Source of the DNA: Promethearchaeota archaeon
Lineage (GTDB): Archaea > Asgardarchaeota > Lokiarchaeia > Sigyniarchaeales > SOKP01
Length of the DNA stretch: 64,000 nt
NCBI GenBank assembly: GCA_030603385.1
Contig: JAUVXW010000018.1
Coordinates: 8,499 to 72,498 of the forward strand
Direction of reading: 5' to 3'
This document shows, piece after piece, positions 30,445-39,939 of the stretch. A model generated the notes under the pieces. That model saw only the letters and a program-made list of their open reading frames with translations, did no database searches and was not told where the DNA came from. The number at the start of each line of letters is the position of its first letter. Positions within the stretch are counted from its first letter, which is position 1. Made by a program: the position numbers and the translations under genes.

Positions 30445-30670
30445 TCAGAGATGGTCTGCTTTTCTGCCGAATTCTTCCATATCAACAACTATATTTTTTA
30501 ATCGGACTTATTTGCTGCGAAAACCATTAAATGACTTTCACGTCTCTTTTTTATGGGTTCTGCTACGGCTATAAAATTTAATTTATTTCTATATTTTAGA
30601 GTATAATTTCCATAAACTTCAAAACCTCTTCTTCCAGCTCCGATTAGTATTTCTAAACCAATGCTTTTGT
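30445..30670 (-). pseudogene. Remnant of a Gfo/Idh/MocA oxidoreductase with a large internal deletion
   Basis: ILIGAGRRGFEVYGNYTLKYRNKLNFIAVAEP (N-terminus) joined out of frame to ESHLMVFAA and VVDMEEF (C-terminus). Confidence 0.65.
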
Positions 30671-30694
30671 AATTAATTTAATCAATTTAGTAAA

Positions 30695-30940
30695 TTAATC
30701 AATCTTCTCGTTATCTTTTTTGTTTTCAAGTTGATCTCTGTGTTCAAGAACAATTTTAGCAATTTCAACTAAATAATTAACAGGGTTCATAGTCTTTCCA
30801 CATCTACTACATTTATAATCAAGCATACCTTCTATTGAAACCATGGGTCCATCTTCACAAAAAGCACATTGTTCAAAAGACCATCGATCTATTACTTTTA
30901 TAATTGCTCTAATAAATTTTTCTTGAATTAGTCTTGTCAT
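30695..30940 (-). CDS. Small zinc-ribbon hypothetical protein
   Basis: CAFC ... CSRC. Confidence 0.7.
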   Translation of the reverse strand: MTRLIQEKFIRAIIKVIDRWSFEQCAFCEDGPMVSIEGMLDYKCSRCGKTMNPVNYLVEIAKIVLEHRDQLENKKDNEKID

Positions 30941-31036
30941 AGTAAATCATATCTCATTTTGTTCTTTCTGTAGTTAACTATTTTTTTTTGAACTTTATGA
31001 TATTTGATTGAATAATACTAAATTAAGTGGATACTT

Positions 31037-32146
31037 CTAAGATTTAAAAACTCTTGGAACAAAACCGTCTATTAATAAACAATCAAGTAAAACAACTGAT
31101 GTCATAGCTTCAACTACTGGAATTACTCTTGGTACTATACACGGATCATGACGACCAGAGAATTCAATCTTTATATTTTCCATTATGTCAATATTTACAG
31201 TTTTTTGAGAAATACCAATAGAAGCAGTAGGTTTTACAGCAACCGTAAACTCGATAGGCATACCTATAGAAATTCCACCAATGATCCCTCCAGAATCATT
31301 TTTAATAGTTTGTATCTTACCATCTTTGAGGATCCAAGGATCATTATGTTCAGAACCTTTCATACTCGAAGCTTTAAACCCTGCTCCAAATTCTATGCCC
31401 TTTATTGCTGGGATTGAGAATATTGCTTTGCTTATGTTTGATTCGATACTATTAAAGATAGGACCACCTTTTCCTGCTGGAAATCCACTAACTATACATT
31501 TTACCAATCCACCAATTGAATCTTTATGAGCTTTAACCTCATTTATCAAGATTTCCATAAGTTTTGATTTTTCTTGATTAAGTGTTCTAACAAGAGAATT
31601 CTCTCTTAATTCAAGAAGGCTCTCATAATCACTTGTATTATACACTTCCTCATCGATAATATTTCCAATGCTCTTAGTATAAGCAAATATTGTAATATTA
31701 TATTTTTTGAGGATTTGTTTAGCTATTGCTCCAGCCATAACGAATCCTGCAGTTATCCTCCCAGAAAATCGTCCTGATCCTCTATAGTCGTAATATTGTC
31801 CGTATTTCATTAACGCAGAATAATCTACATGAGAAGGACGCAAAATTCCTTTAAATTCTTCATATTTTGAAGAATCTACATCTTTATTTTCAATAATCAA
31901 GCAAATAGGGGCTCCTGTTGTTTTTTTATTGAAGATACCTGATACAATTTTAACTTTATCTTTCTCCATACGAGGTGTTGTAAGAGACGATTGTCCGGGT
32001 TTTCTCATATCTAATTCTTGTTGGATTAATTCTAAATCTAACTCAATCCCTGCTGGAGTACCATCTACGATTATCCCAATTAAATCACCATGACTTTCAC
32101 CGATTGAAGTGATGGTGAACAAGGTTCCGAGGGTGTTATCTCCCAT
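31037..32146 (-). CDS. aroC: Chorismate synthase
   Basis: GESHG, RKPGQS, RPSHVD, GRFSGR.TA, GGIIGGIS, GRHDPCIVPR. Confidence 0.97.
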   Translation of the reverse strand: MGDNTLGTLFTITSIGESHGDLIGIIVDGTPAGIELDLELIQQELDMRKPGQSSLTTPRMEKDKVKIVSGIFNKKTTGAPICLIIENKDVDSSKYEEFKGILRPSHVDYSALMKYGQYYDYRGSGRFSGRITAGFVMAGAIAKQILKKYNITIFAYTKSIGNIIDEEVYNTSDYESLLELRENSLVRTLNQEKSKLMEILINEVKAHKDSIGGLVKCIVSGFPAGKGGPIFNSIESNISKAIFSIPAIKGIEFGAGFKASSMKGSEHNDPWILKDGKIQTIKNDSGGIIGGISIGMPIEFTVAVKPTASIGISQKTVNIDIMENIKIEFSGRHDPCIVPRVIPVVEAMTSVVLLDCLLIDGFVPRVFKS

Positions 32147-32235
32147 AAGGATCACATTAATTAAAATTTAATTTTACAATAATATTTAATTAATATTATA
32201 TCTATTATTTTCTATTTATCATTTAATGGATTAAA

Positions 32236-33552
32236 ATGGAATTGGAAATAACACCATTAATAAGTAATTTAAATGGTGAAATCACAGCATCTGGGTCTAA
32301 AAGCTATACACACAGAGCTTTTATTGCTGCAAGTCTAGCTGAAGGGATCTCCGTAATTAAAAAACCTTTAACAATTGGAGATTCAGCAATAACAATTAAT
32401 AATTTAAAAGCTCTAGGGATTAAAATATTAAAATCTAGCGAAAATTCTTATGTCGTTAAATGTGATAAAAAAGGATTTATACCAATCAAGAAACCTCTAG
32501 ATTGTAAAAATTCTGGAACCTCCTTTAGAATTTTTTGCGCTTTAAGTCTTTTAGTTAAAGGAGGGCTTCTATTGACAGGTGAATTTTTAAAAAGGAAAAG
32601 ACCAATTATTCCACTCCTCAATGCTTTAGAGGCTTTAGGAGGAAAATTTAAAATATCAGAGGATAAAATTAAGATAGAACGTAAGAAAATGTTATGTAAT
32701 AAAATAAAAATCCCTGGAGATATTAGTTCTCAGTTCATAACCGCCTTACTATTTATCTGTCCTCTATTAACATGTAAGGATAAAGATTTCATTGAAATAG
32801 AGCTAACAACTCCATTAGTTTCTATTCCATATATAAAAATTACTCTAGATGTATTAAACACATTTGGAATTAATATTCAAGAAGATCTAGAAGGAGGGAA
32901 ATTTTATATAACAATTGAACAAAATTATAGGGCTCAATCATATGAAATTCCTGGAGATTTCTCCTCATCAGCATTCATTATCGCAGCAACCGTTTTATCT
33001 AGTGAACCTACTAAAGTTGTAATAAATAATTTAAGCATGGAAAATTACCAAGGAGACAAAAAGATTATTGAGATTCTAAGGGAAATGGGTGCTGATATCA
33101 AATTTGATGAAAATCAAAAACAAGTAATTATACGCGGGGATTTAACCCATAATACCTTAAAAGGAATAGAAGTTGATTGCGGTGATATCCCAGACTTATT
33201 CCCGATTCTATCCGTTATTGGGGCATTTGCAGAGGGTCAAACTGTTCTCTATAATGCTGGAAATCTTCGACTAAAAGAAAGTGACCGAATTTCTGCTATG
33301 GCAAGAGAATTAAAAAAAATGGGTGTTAGTGTCAAAGAAGAAGATGAAAAGTTAACAATTTATCACTGCGATAAATTAAATGGAGCTATAATAGATCATG
33401 AATATGATCATAGAGTAGCAATGGCATGCACTATTGCTGCCTTATATGCTTCTTCAAAATCTCATATAAAAAATATTGAAGTTGTAAAAGATTCTTACCC
33501 TTCCTTTTTAGATGATCTACAAAAATTAGGTGTTCAAATAGAAACAAGGTAA
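32236..33552 (+). CDS. aroA: EPSP synthase
   Basis: GSKSYTHR, NSGT, SSQF, GDFSS, LRLKESDRI, DHRVAM. Confidence 0.96.
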   Translation: MELEITPLISNLNGEITASGSKSYTHRAFIAASLAEGISVIKKPLTIGDSAITINNLKALGIKILKSSENSYVVKCDKKGFIPIKKPLDCKNSGTSFRIFCALSLLVKGGLLLTGEFLKRKRPIIPLLNALEALGGKFKISEDKIKIERKKMLCNKIKIPGDISSQFITALLFICPLLTCKDKDFIEIELTTPLVSIPYIKITLDVLNTFGINIQEDLEGGKFYITIEQNYRAQSYEIPGDFSSSAFIIAATVLSSEPTKVVINNLSMENYQGDKKIIEILREMGADIKFDENQKQVIIRGDLTHNTLKGIEVDCGDIPDLFPILSVIGAFAEGQTVLYNAGNLRLKESDRISAMARELKKMGVSVKEEDEKLTIYHCDKLNGAIIDHEYDHRVAMACTIAALYASSKSHIKNIEVVKDSYPSFLDDLQKLGVQIETR

Positions 33553-33564
33553 CCCTATTAGAAA

Positions 33565-33975
33565 TTATCTAAAACTTTTCTGCCTACGAGCACGGGCTTT
33601 TTTACCACCAAATTTCTTTGGTTCTACCCTTCTAGAATCTCCACTTAATAATGAATCGTCATAATCTCTAAATGCCCGTTCTATTGTTTTTGTTCCTATA
33701 AATTTATGGATTGATTTAGCAATGGCCATCCGAACAGCGTCCGTTTGCCCACTTATCCCACCACCTTTAACTCGAACATTAATATCACATTTTTCAAGCT
33801 TTGGGTGATTTACTATTTCAAGAACTTCTTGGATCCTCAACCGTGCTAGTTCAGGTTCATATAGATTTAGAGGAACATTATTAATTCTAATTTGTCCTTT
33901 TGAAGGATGTTTCAATACAGCTCTCGCTATGGCACTTTTCCTTTTACCCGATGCTTGAACTACTTTCATTGACAT
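33565..33975 (-). CDS. rps9: 30S ribosomal protein S9 (uS9)
   Basis: GKRKSAIARA, GGGISGQ, EPKKFGGKKARARRQKSFR. Confidence 0.97.
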   Translation of the reverse strand: MSMKVVQASGKRKSAIARAVLKHPSKGQIRINNVPLNLYEPELARLRIQEVLEIVNHPKLEKCDINVRVKGGGISGQTDAVRMAIAKSIHKFIGTKTIERAFRDYDDSLLSGDSRRVEPKKFGGKKARARRQKSFR

Positions 33976-33980
33976 ATTGA

Positions 33981-34460
33981 TTACACCTCAATTTCCTTTT
34001 TATTCCATCCTATTCGCATACAAAGATTTTCTAAAGTAATATATCTGTTATAATAAGAAAGACGCTTTTTTTCAGCATAAAAGATTTCAGTTGGTGTTAA
34101 TTTTTGATATCTGTTTTTAAAACGTTCAGGAATGTCTGAAATATATACATGAACTCTTTTGAGAGCTTCTTTTCCCCGAAATTTTTTTCGTGGAAGCATT
34201 TGTTTTATTACCCTTCTCATAAAAGTATCAGGTCTTCTTTCGTGAAATGGACCTCTCAGGGGATTTGTAGCAGTTGAAATTTTTAATTTTGCTAAATATT
34301 TTTCATGAATATTTCTCTTAGTCCCACTTATTATCGCATCTTTAGCATTAATTATTACTATATTATTACCCAATAAAGCCTTTTTGGCTATTTGACCGCA
34401 AAATCGTCCCAAAATCTTATCTGTAGCATCTATTAATTGAAATTCTATTCCCATAATCAT
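33981..34460 (-). CDS. rpl13: 50S ribosomal protein L13 (uL13)
   Basis: IDA..KILGR, GPFH.RRPD, MLPRK..RG. Confidence 0.95.
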   Translation of the reverse strand: MIMGIEFQLIDATDKILGRFCGQIAKKALLGNNIVIINAKDAIISGTKRNIHEKYLAKLKISTATNPLRGPFHERRPDTFMRRVIKQMLPRKKFRGKEALKRVHVYISDIPERFKNRYQKLTPTEIFYAEKKRLSYYNRYITLENLCMRIGWNKKEIEV

Positions 34461-34479
34461 AACACACTCTATTATTTTA

Positions 34480-34836
34480 TCAATAAAAAACTTTTACTCC
34501 ACTACCTTTAGGGTTCTGTTCTAACAATTCCTCTATAGAAATCAGGTTACTTCCTGAAGATTCAATTTTTTGTCTCGCTGATTTCGAACAATCTAAACAA
34601 GCAATAGTAATTGTATGATCTAATTCCCCCATTCCTAACACTTTTCCAGGTATGACAACAATATCATTTTCCTTAGTTTTTTTGTTTATACTATATAAAT
34701 TAGGGGAAACTCTATTTTTTCTTGAACCTTTTAATTTTTTAGAGATTTTTCGCCATATCTTAATTTTAGTTTTCCACAAATCTCTTATCAACTTTCTAAC
34801 ATAATAATTACTTGGGCCAGTTATCTTATGAGACAT
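34480..34836 (-). CDS. rpl18e: 50S ribosomal protein L18e (eL18)
   Basis: VVIPGKVLG.G, S.SA..KI...G, NPKGSGV. Confidence 0.95.
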   Translation of the reverse strand: MSHKITGPSNYYVRKLIRDLWKTKIKIWRKISKKLKGSRKNRVSPNLYSINKKTKENDIVVIPGKVLGMGELDHTITIACLDCSKSARQKIESSGSNLISIEELLEQNPKGSGVKVFY

Positions 34837-34903
34837 TAGGAAGTATTACTCTCGCTTTATTTATTATTTTAAATTATTGATATTTTAATAAATTTTTGTA
34901 ATT

Positions 34904-35737
34904 TCACGATTCCAACTCAATAGCTTCAAGTCTTTCAACAAATTCATCGATTTTTTCTAAAAAGATTTCAAATGTTTTCTTAATAATTGTGTCAAAGGGT
35001 AAAACTCCGTCACTTTCGATAGAAAAAAAATATGTGTTATCTCTTGATCCTACTTTGATAGCTTTTTCTGGACAATCTCTTTCACACGATTTACATAATG
35101 TGCAAGTTTTCCAATAGTCTCCCTGTAATTTTACCGTTTTCCCATCTGAAAAATCATATAAATGTTCAGGACACATTCTCGATACCACACACCTTTCTAA
35201 ACATTTTTTACAATTTTCATCGTTAAATTCTATTTCTGGATAAAATCTATAAAAAATATTTGATACAGCTTGCCATTTCACATGATCTTTTGCTTTACCT
35301 AAAATCGCATATGCTTCAATAATTAATTGGTTATTTTTATCAATTTTCACAATTGGGATTTTTGGATTAACAGGCACTATTTTAGGATCATTTGATTTTA
35401 AATCGCCCGAATAAACCTCTAAAGGCATATTCGTAGTGTTAGTGACTTCGCATGTTAAAGAAACTTGGCATAAAGCACACCCGTAACCCTCACATACGCA
35501 TTCCTGTGGTAGTTTATATGTTTCTAAATCAGTAGTAAGTGGTATCATCCCAAGTCTATGAGAAATTATCTCATCATAGAGAGGACTATCATTCTTCAAA
35601 ACAATAACCTCATCAACTGCCATTACAAGGATTTCAGACATAATTATCCTTCTGATTGCATTTGCCATCTCTATAGAAATGTTCTGTACAACAAACACTA
35701 ACTTATGATCGGATTTTTCAAGAACCTCGATATCCAT
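34904..35737 (-). CDS. rpoD: RNA polymerase subunit D (Rpo3) with Fe-S domain
   Basis: ANAIRR, DEIISHRLGMIPL, VYSGDL, HVKWQ, CTLCKSCERDCP, ESDG. Confidence 0.96.
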   Translation of the reverse strand: MDIEVLEKSDHKLVFVVQNISIEMANAIRRIIMSEILVMAVDEVIVLKNDSPLYDEIISHRLGMIPLTTDLETYKLPQECVCEGYGCALCQVSLTCEVTNTTNMPLEVYSGDLKSNDPKIVPVNPKIPIVKIDKNNQLIIEAYAILGKAKDHVKWQAVSNIFYRFYPEIEFNDENCKKCLERCVVSRMCPEHLYDFSDGKTVKLQGDYWKTCTLCKSCERDCPEKAIKVGSRDNTYFFSIESDGVLPFDTIIKKTFEIFLEKIDEFVERLEAIELES

Positions 35738-35886
35738 GATAATGTAAATTAAGTTATTTAATATCAAATTTATGAATGTAGTCTTAAATGCATTATATAA
35801 GATAAGTTTTATTGTTATATTTATAGCAAAAATATGGATACTTAGCGAGAACTCTTAAAAATTTGTTCAAAAAAAAAATTTAAGAA

Positions 35887-37215
35887 TTAATAGAATTTTA
35901 AATATTCATAAGCCTTACTTGGAGTTTGAAAACAATATTTAATTTCTTGGAATTCTTTTCTAAATTCTACGACTTCGTTTCTTATTTTTTTAGGATCTAT
36001 CTTATCAATAAGTAGTTTTTTAATTAGCTCTGCAATATCAATCATTTCACTTTTACTCATGCCAAGTCTGGTGATTTCAGATGTCCCGATTCTTAATCCT
36101 CCAGGATTTTGATAATGTCTTCCTTCAGCAATATCATATGGTAAAAGATTTCGATTGAGAATGATGTTTGCTTTTTCTAATAATTTTTCAATATCTCCTC
36201 CTAATCCAATTGTTTTCTCGAATTCTGAAATATCAACAACAATTTGGTGTGACTCTGTAAAACCTTTATGTTCCATTAATACTTTAAATCCCCGTTCATA
36301 TAATGCTTGTCCAAGACCTTTAGCATTCTCAATAACATTCTTATGGTACTCTTTTCCAAATTCTAACATTTCTGCTATAGCAATCGCTAATCCCGCTACA
36401 TTATGAAGATGGTGATTAGATAATAATGCTGGAAAAGCACAAGATTTAAATGTATCAATTAAATCTTCCCTATTCGATACTAAAGCTCCATGTTGAGGTC
36501 CAGGAAGTGTTTTATGAGTGCTCATTGTCATAGCATCTGCTCCTTCTCTTAAAGGATCTTGAAAATATCCAGAACCTATTAAACCAGATACATGAGCTGC
36601 ATCATACCCAACATAGGCTCCAATCTCTTTTGCAACATCACCAAGCTCTTTAACAGGGTGTGGGAATAAAAATACTGAACCACCAAACAATACCAATTCT
36701 GGTTCAAATTCTCTTATCTTCTTCGCAGAAGCATCAATATCTAAATTCATTTCATCATTGTCAAATGCTAAATATTCAATATCTAAACCCCTTGTCGTTC
36801 CTGCCGTCCCAAAAATTTCTCGACCACTTTTTGCAAATCTTGGACCATGTGAAATATGTCCTCCTCTAACAATTGACATACAACACATTTTACCGTTATT
36901 ATCTGATGTGAATGCATTATACATCACTAAATTTGCTACAACTCCAGAGATCGGGCGTACATCGCAAAATTTTGCGCGCCAAAACTCTCTTCCGAGCTCC
37001 ATGCAAATATCCTCAACTTGATCGATATACTTACAACCTGCATAAACTCTTTGGCCTGACCATCCTTCGGCATATCGATGTGAGAAATCACTAGCACAAG
37101 CTTCATCTACAGCAGGACTAGTTATATTTTCCGAGGCAATTAAAGGAATTGATTTTTTAAACCAGTCGTGATGCTCCATTAAAATTTCTCGGATTTCAGT
37201 TACTTTTTTCCTCAA
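35887..37215 (-). CDS. glyA: Serine hydroxymethyltransferase (archaeal type)
   Basis: LIASEN, RYAEG, GGHISH, YDAAHV.G, STHKTLPGPQ. Confidence 0.96.
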   Translation of the reverse strand: MRKKVTEIREILMEHHDWFKKSIPLIASENITSPAVDEACASDFSHRYAEGWSGQRVYAGCKYIDQVEDICMELGREFWRAKFCDVRPISGVVANLVMYNAFTSDNNGKMCCMSIVRGGHISHGPRFAKSGREIFGTAGTTRGLDIEYLAFDNDEMNLDIDASAKKIREFEPELVLFGGSVFLFPHPVKELGDVAKEIGAYVGYDAAHVSGLIGSGYFQDPLREGADAMTMSTHKTLPGPQHGALVSNREDLIDTFKSCAFPALLSNHHLHNVAGLAIAIAEMLEFGKEYHKNVIENAKGLGQALYERGFKVLMEHKGFTESHQIVVDISEFEKTIGLGGDIEKLLEKANIILNRNLLPYDIAEGRHYQNPGGLRIGTSEITRLGMSKSEMIDIAELIKKLLIDKIDPKKIRNEVVEFRKEFQEIKYCFQTPSKAYEYLKFY

Positions 37216-37424
37216 TTTTGATCAATTCTTCCGTTTTTTCTAAAGCGTTGAAAAAAAATAAATCTTCAATTTTTTTAAATTTATGCCAATTCTATTAATG
37301 ATTTAAGTAATAATTAACAGAAGAATTAGAATGAAAATCAATATAATAAGAATAGAATTAATTGCTGTAGATTTATAATTTAAGAAATTAAACTATAAGA
37401 TGATTTTTAGTTTTAAACTAGAAA

Positions 37425-38333
37425 CTATCTTTCAGATTTCTCTAAGATTAGTCGAGCTTCAAATAAGTTTAATTTTTTGCCCGCTTTTTGTTTTTCTAAA
37501 GCTTCTGCTAATTTATCTTTCTTCATTTTTTCAATCATTTCATTTCTCTTTTTGAAATGATCCGATCTCGTTCCAGGATTTTTAATTGATCTATAAGGTC
37601 TCTTACCTTTCGATATTTTCTTTCTTTGATTCATTGCCTGCAAATATTGTTCATGGTAACGATCCGCAGATTTTTTGTTTTCTATTAGTTCCTCTTCCAT
37701 CTTTTTCTTCTGTTCTCTTAATTCATCAACGTTTTGGAAGATTTCTAACATCTTGGTATGATTTTCTTGAGATTTATTCGACCACTTATTTAATTGTTCA
37801 TATATCTTGTTTAAATTTATTTTTACAATCTCAACTTTTCGCTCTACTTTGAAGAGATCACTATTTTCCTGTTCTGATAAAAAATCTTGTTTTGATTTTG
37901 CTAAATCTCTTATTATATCAATAATGGAATTTTCTTCTGCAATATCAAGGTTTTCAGTCTCAATTCTTCTTTCTAAATTATCAATTTTTCTTTCCACTTG
38001 CTTTATAGAAACGAGCCTATCTGAGTTTTTACTCTTCTTCTGATTCGATTTTTTCTCTTCTAATAATTTATCAAATAAAGTTTTATATTCCACTTTTTTT
38101 TCTTTTAACTGCTTAACTTTATTATTCCAATAATCTCTTCTCTTTTTATATTTTTCTTTGGCCGATTTTAAATTTACATTAATTTCAGTTTCTATCTCCT
38201 GCAAACCGTTAATGAATTTTTTAGTTTTAAGGTTAAGATCGTCTCGGCTTTTCCTTAAATCATCACTTAAGATTTGAAGACCCCTAAAAGAGGTTTGAGA
38301 ATTTTGCGAGTTTTTGGAATTATTTCTACTCAT
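37425..38333 (-). CDS. Archaeal coiled-coil protein (COG1340-like)
   Basis: Long heptad pattern, ADRYHE, C-terminal KAGKKLNLFE. Confidence 0.75.
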   Translation of the reverse strand: MSRNNSKNSQNSQTSFRGLQILSDDLRKSRDDLNLKTKKFINGLQEIETEINVNLKSAKEKYKKRRDYWNNKVKQLKEKKVEYKTLFDKLLEEKKSNQKKSKNSDRLVSIKQVERKIDNLERRIETENLDIAEENSIIDIIRDLAKSKQDFLSEQENSDLFKVERKVEIVKINLNKIYEQLNKWSNKSQENHTKMLEIFQNVDELREQKKKMEEELIENKKSADRYHEQYLQAMNQRKKISKGKRPYRSIKNPGTRSDHFKKRNEMIEKMKKDKLAEALEKQKAGKKLNLFEARLILEKSER

Positions 38334-38505
38334 AAATTCATGCTTTAAAGAGTATTTATAAAAAGGAATTTATTTAAAATGGTTAAATATGACAATTTTA
38401 TATGTTTTATATATTTTTTGTAAATAAAATAATAATAAAAACAGGGCTAATGAAAAAAAATTTAAGATTTATTAACTTTAGAAATAATAAAAAATAAAAC
38501 ATAAA

Positions 38506-39372
38506 ATGACCTCTGAGAAAGTAAAAGAAAACGATTTAATCTTTTTGATCCTTGATGGTAAAAGAAGGTGGTTAATTCAAGTGAAAGCTGGAGGCAGTTT
38601 TCACACCCACAGAGGAATTATTGAATTTGATGAGATAATAGGAAAAAATTATGGAACAGTAATATTCTCAAAACCATATGAAACTCAAGGGTACAAATTT
38701 TTTGTGCTGAAACCGATGCCCTCCGATTATGTGCTTCATATGACTCGCAAAACTCAAATAATATATCCTGAAGATGCCGGATTTATTTTACTTTACTCTG
38801 GGATTGGACCGGGCAGCGTGGTTATTGAAGCGGGATGTGGGTCTGGGGCTTTAACCTGTATTTTAGGCAACTATGTTCGGCCTAGTGGGCATATATTCTC
38901 CTTTGATATTCGTGAAAAATCGCTCAAGAACGCTAGAAAGAATGTAGAAAGAGCTAAACTGGAAAATATTGTGTCGATAGAATATGGTAACATTATTACT
39001 GATAATTTAAATTTGAAAAATGTGGATTCTGTTGTCTTAGATCTTGCTGAACCATGGAAAGCAATCGAAAAAGCAATGAGTTATCTCAAATTGAGCGGGG
39101 CTTTAGTTTCTTTTTCTCCAACGATTGAGCAAGTAAAAAAAACTACGTTCGCAATGAGGGATAATAATTTCGTAGAAATCAACACGTATGAGCTGATTAA
39201 AAGAAAAATCCAGGTTAAGGAAAATGCAACTCGTCCTGAAACGCGGATGGTTGGACATAGTGGTTACATAAGCGTAGGGAGAAAAATCAGAAATAAGAAA
39301 AACCCATATCGCGAAAGAAAACCAAAAAAAAAAGAATTTATTGATTTTACGGGAATGCCTTTACGAAGTTAG
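38506..39372 (+). CDS. trmI: tRNA (adenine57/58-N1)-methyltransferase TrmI
   Basis: FHTHRG, RKTQIIYP.D, EAGCGSGALT, LDL.EPW, FSPTIEQV, H.GY. Confidence 0.95.
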   Translation: MTSEKVKENDLIFLILDGKRRWLIQVKAGGSFHTHRGIIEFDEIIGKNYGTVIFSKPYETQGYKFFVLKPMPSDYVLHMTRKTQIIYPEDAGFILLYSGIGPGSVVIEAGCGSGALTCILGNYVRPSGHIFSFDIREKSLKNARKNVERAKLENIVSIEYGNIITDNLNLKNVDSVVLDLAEPWKAIEKAMSYLKLSGALVSFSPTIEQVKKTTFAMRDNNFVEINTYELIKRKIQVKENATRPETRMVGHSGYISVGRKIRNKKNPYRERKPKKKEFIDFTGMPLRS

Positions 39373-39412
39373 AATCTTATAAAGATTGATAACTAAGGTC
39401 AAAAATAAATAG

Positions 39413-39829
39413 TTAAAATCCTTTTAACTGGGCCCCAGTTCTAAATTCTTTCTTTTTCTTATATCGCTCGGTTTTAAAAAAATGCTTCTTCTTTTCAGGT
39501 AAGATATCTAGGTATTTTCTTAAAATGTTTTCTATATATTCTTTGGTTGGTTTATTTCTAATTTTATTTGGATCTGATAAATAAGTTAATATTTCTTTGT
39601 CCTTAGAATCATATGATAGACCTAAATTCTTTAAGGGAATATGTACAGAATGAAGAAACCACCCAGTCTGACTTTCTTCATGAGCAATTACTTTTAAAAT
39701 ATTTTCATTTTCTTTTTTTATTTTAATAGCTAAAACTTTTTTCCCGGGTTTTATTATTATACTTGCGTATTCAGGGATTTGAGATTTAGGATTGTGTATC
39801 TTCTTAAAGAATTCTTCTAATTTTTTCAT
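39413..39829 (-). CDS. Hypothetical basic protein
   Basis: 138 aa ORF filling the gap; no recognised motif. Confidence 0.65.
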   Translation of the reverse strand: MKKLEEFFKKIHNPKSQIPEYASIIIKPGKKVLAIKIKKENENILKVIAHEESQTGWFLHSVHIPLKNLGLSYDSKDKEILTYLSDPNKIRNKPTKEYIENILRKYLDILPEKKKHFFKTERYKKKKEFRTGAQLKGF

Positions 39830-39939
39830 CAGTAATTCATAAAGTTGTAAGTGTTTAAAATGAATAAATTAAAATTCATAAAAAATTTTATTATTAAATG
39901 GATTTATATTAAAATCTATAACACTTAGAGGAAGTCAAT

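Noticed and set aside
37425-38333. Coiled-coil protein as a possible SMC, ESCRT-III or cytoskeletal element
   Set aside because: No ATPase motifs; the C-terminal GKKL motif matches the widespread archaeal COG1340-like family
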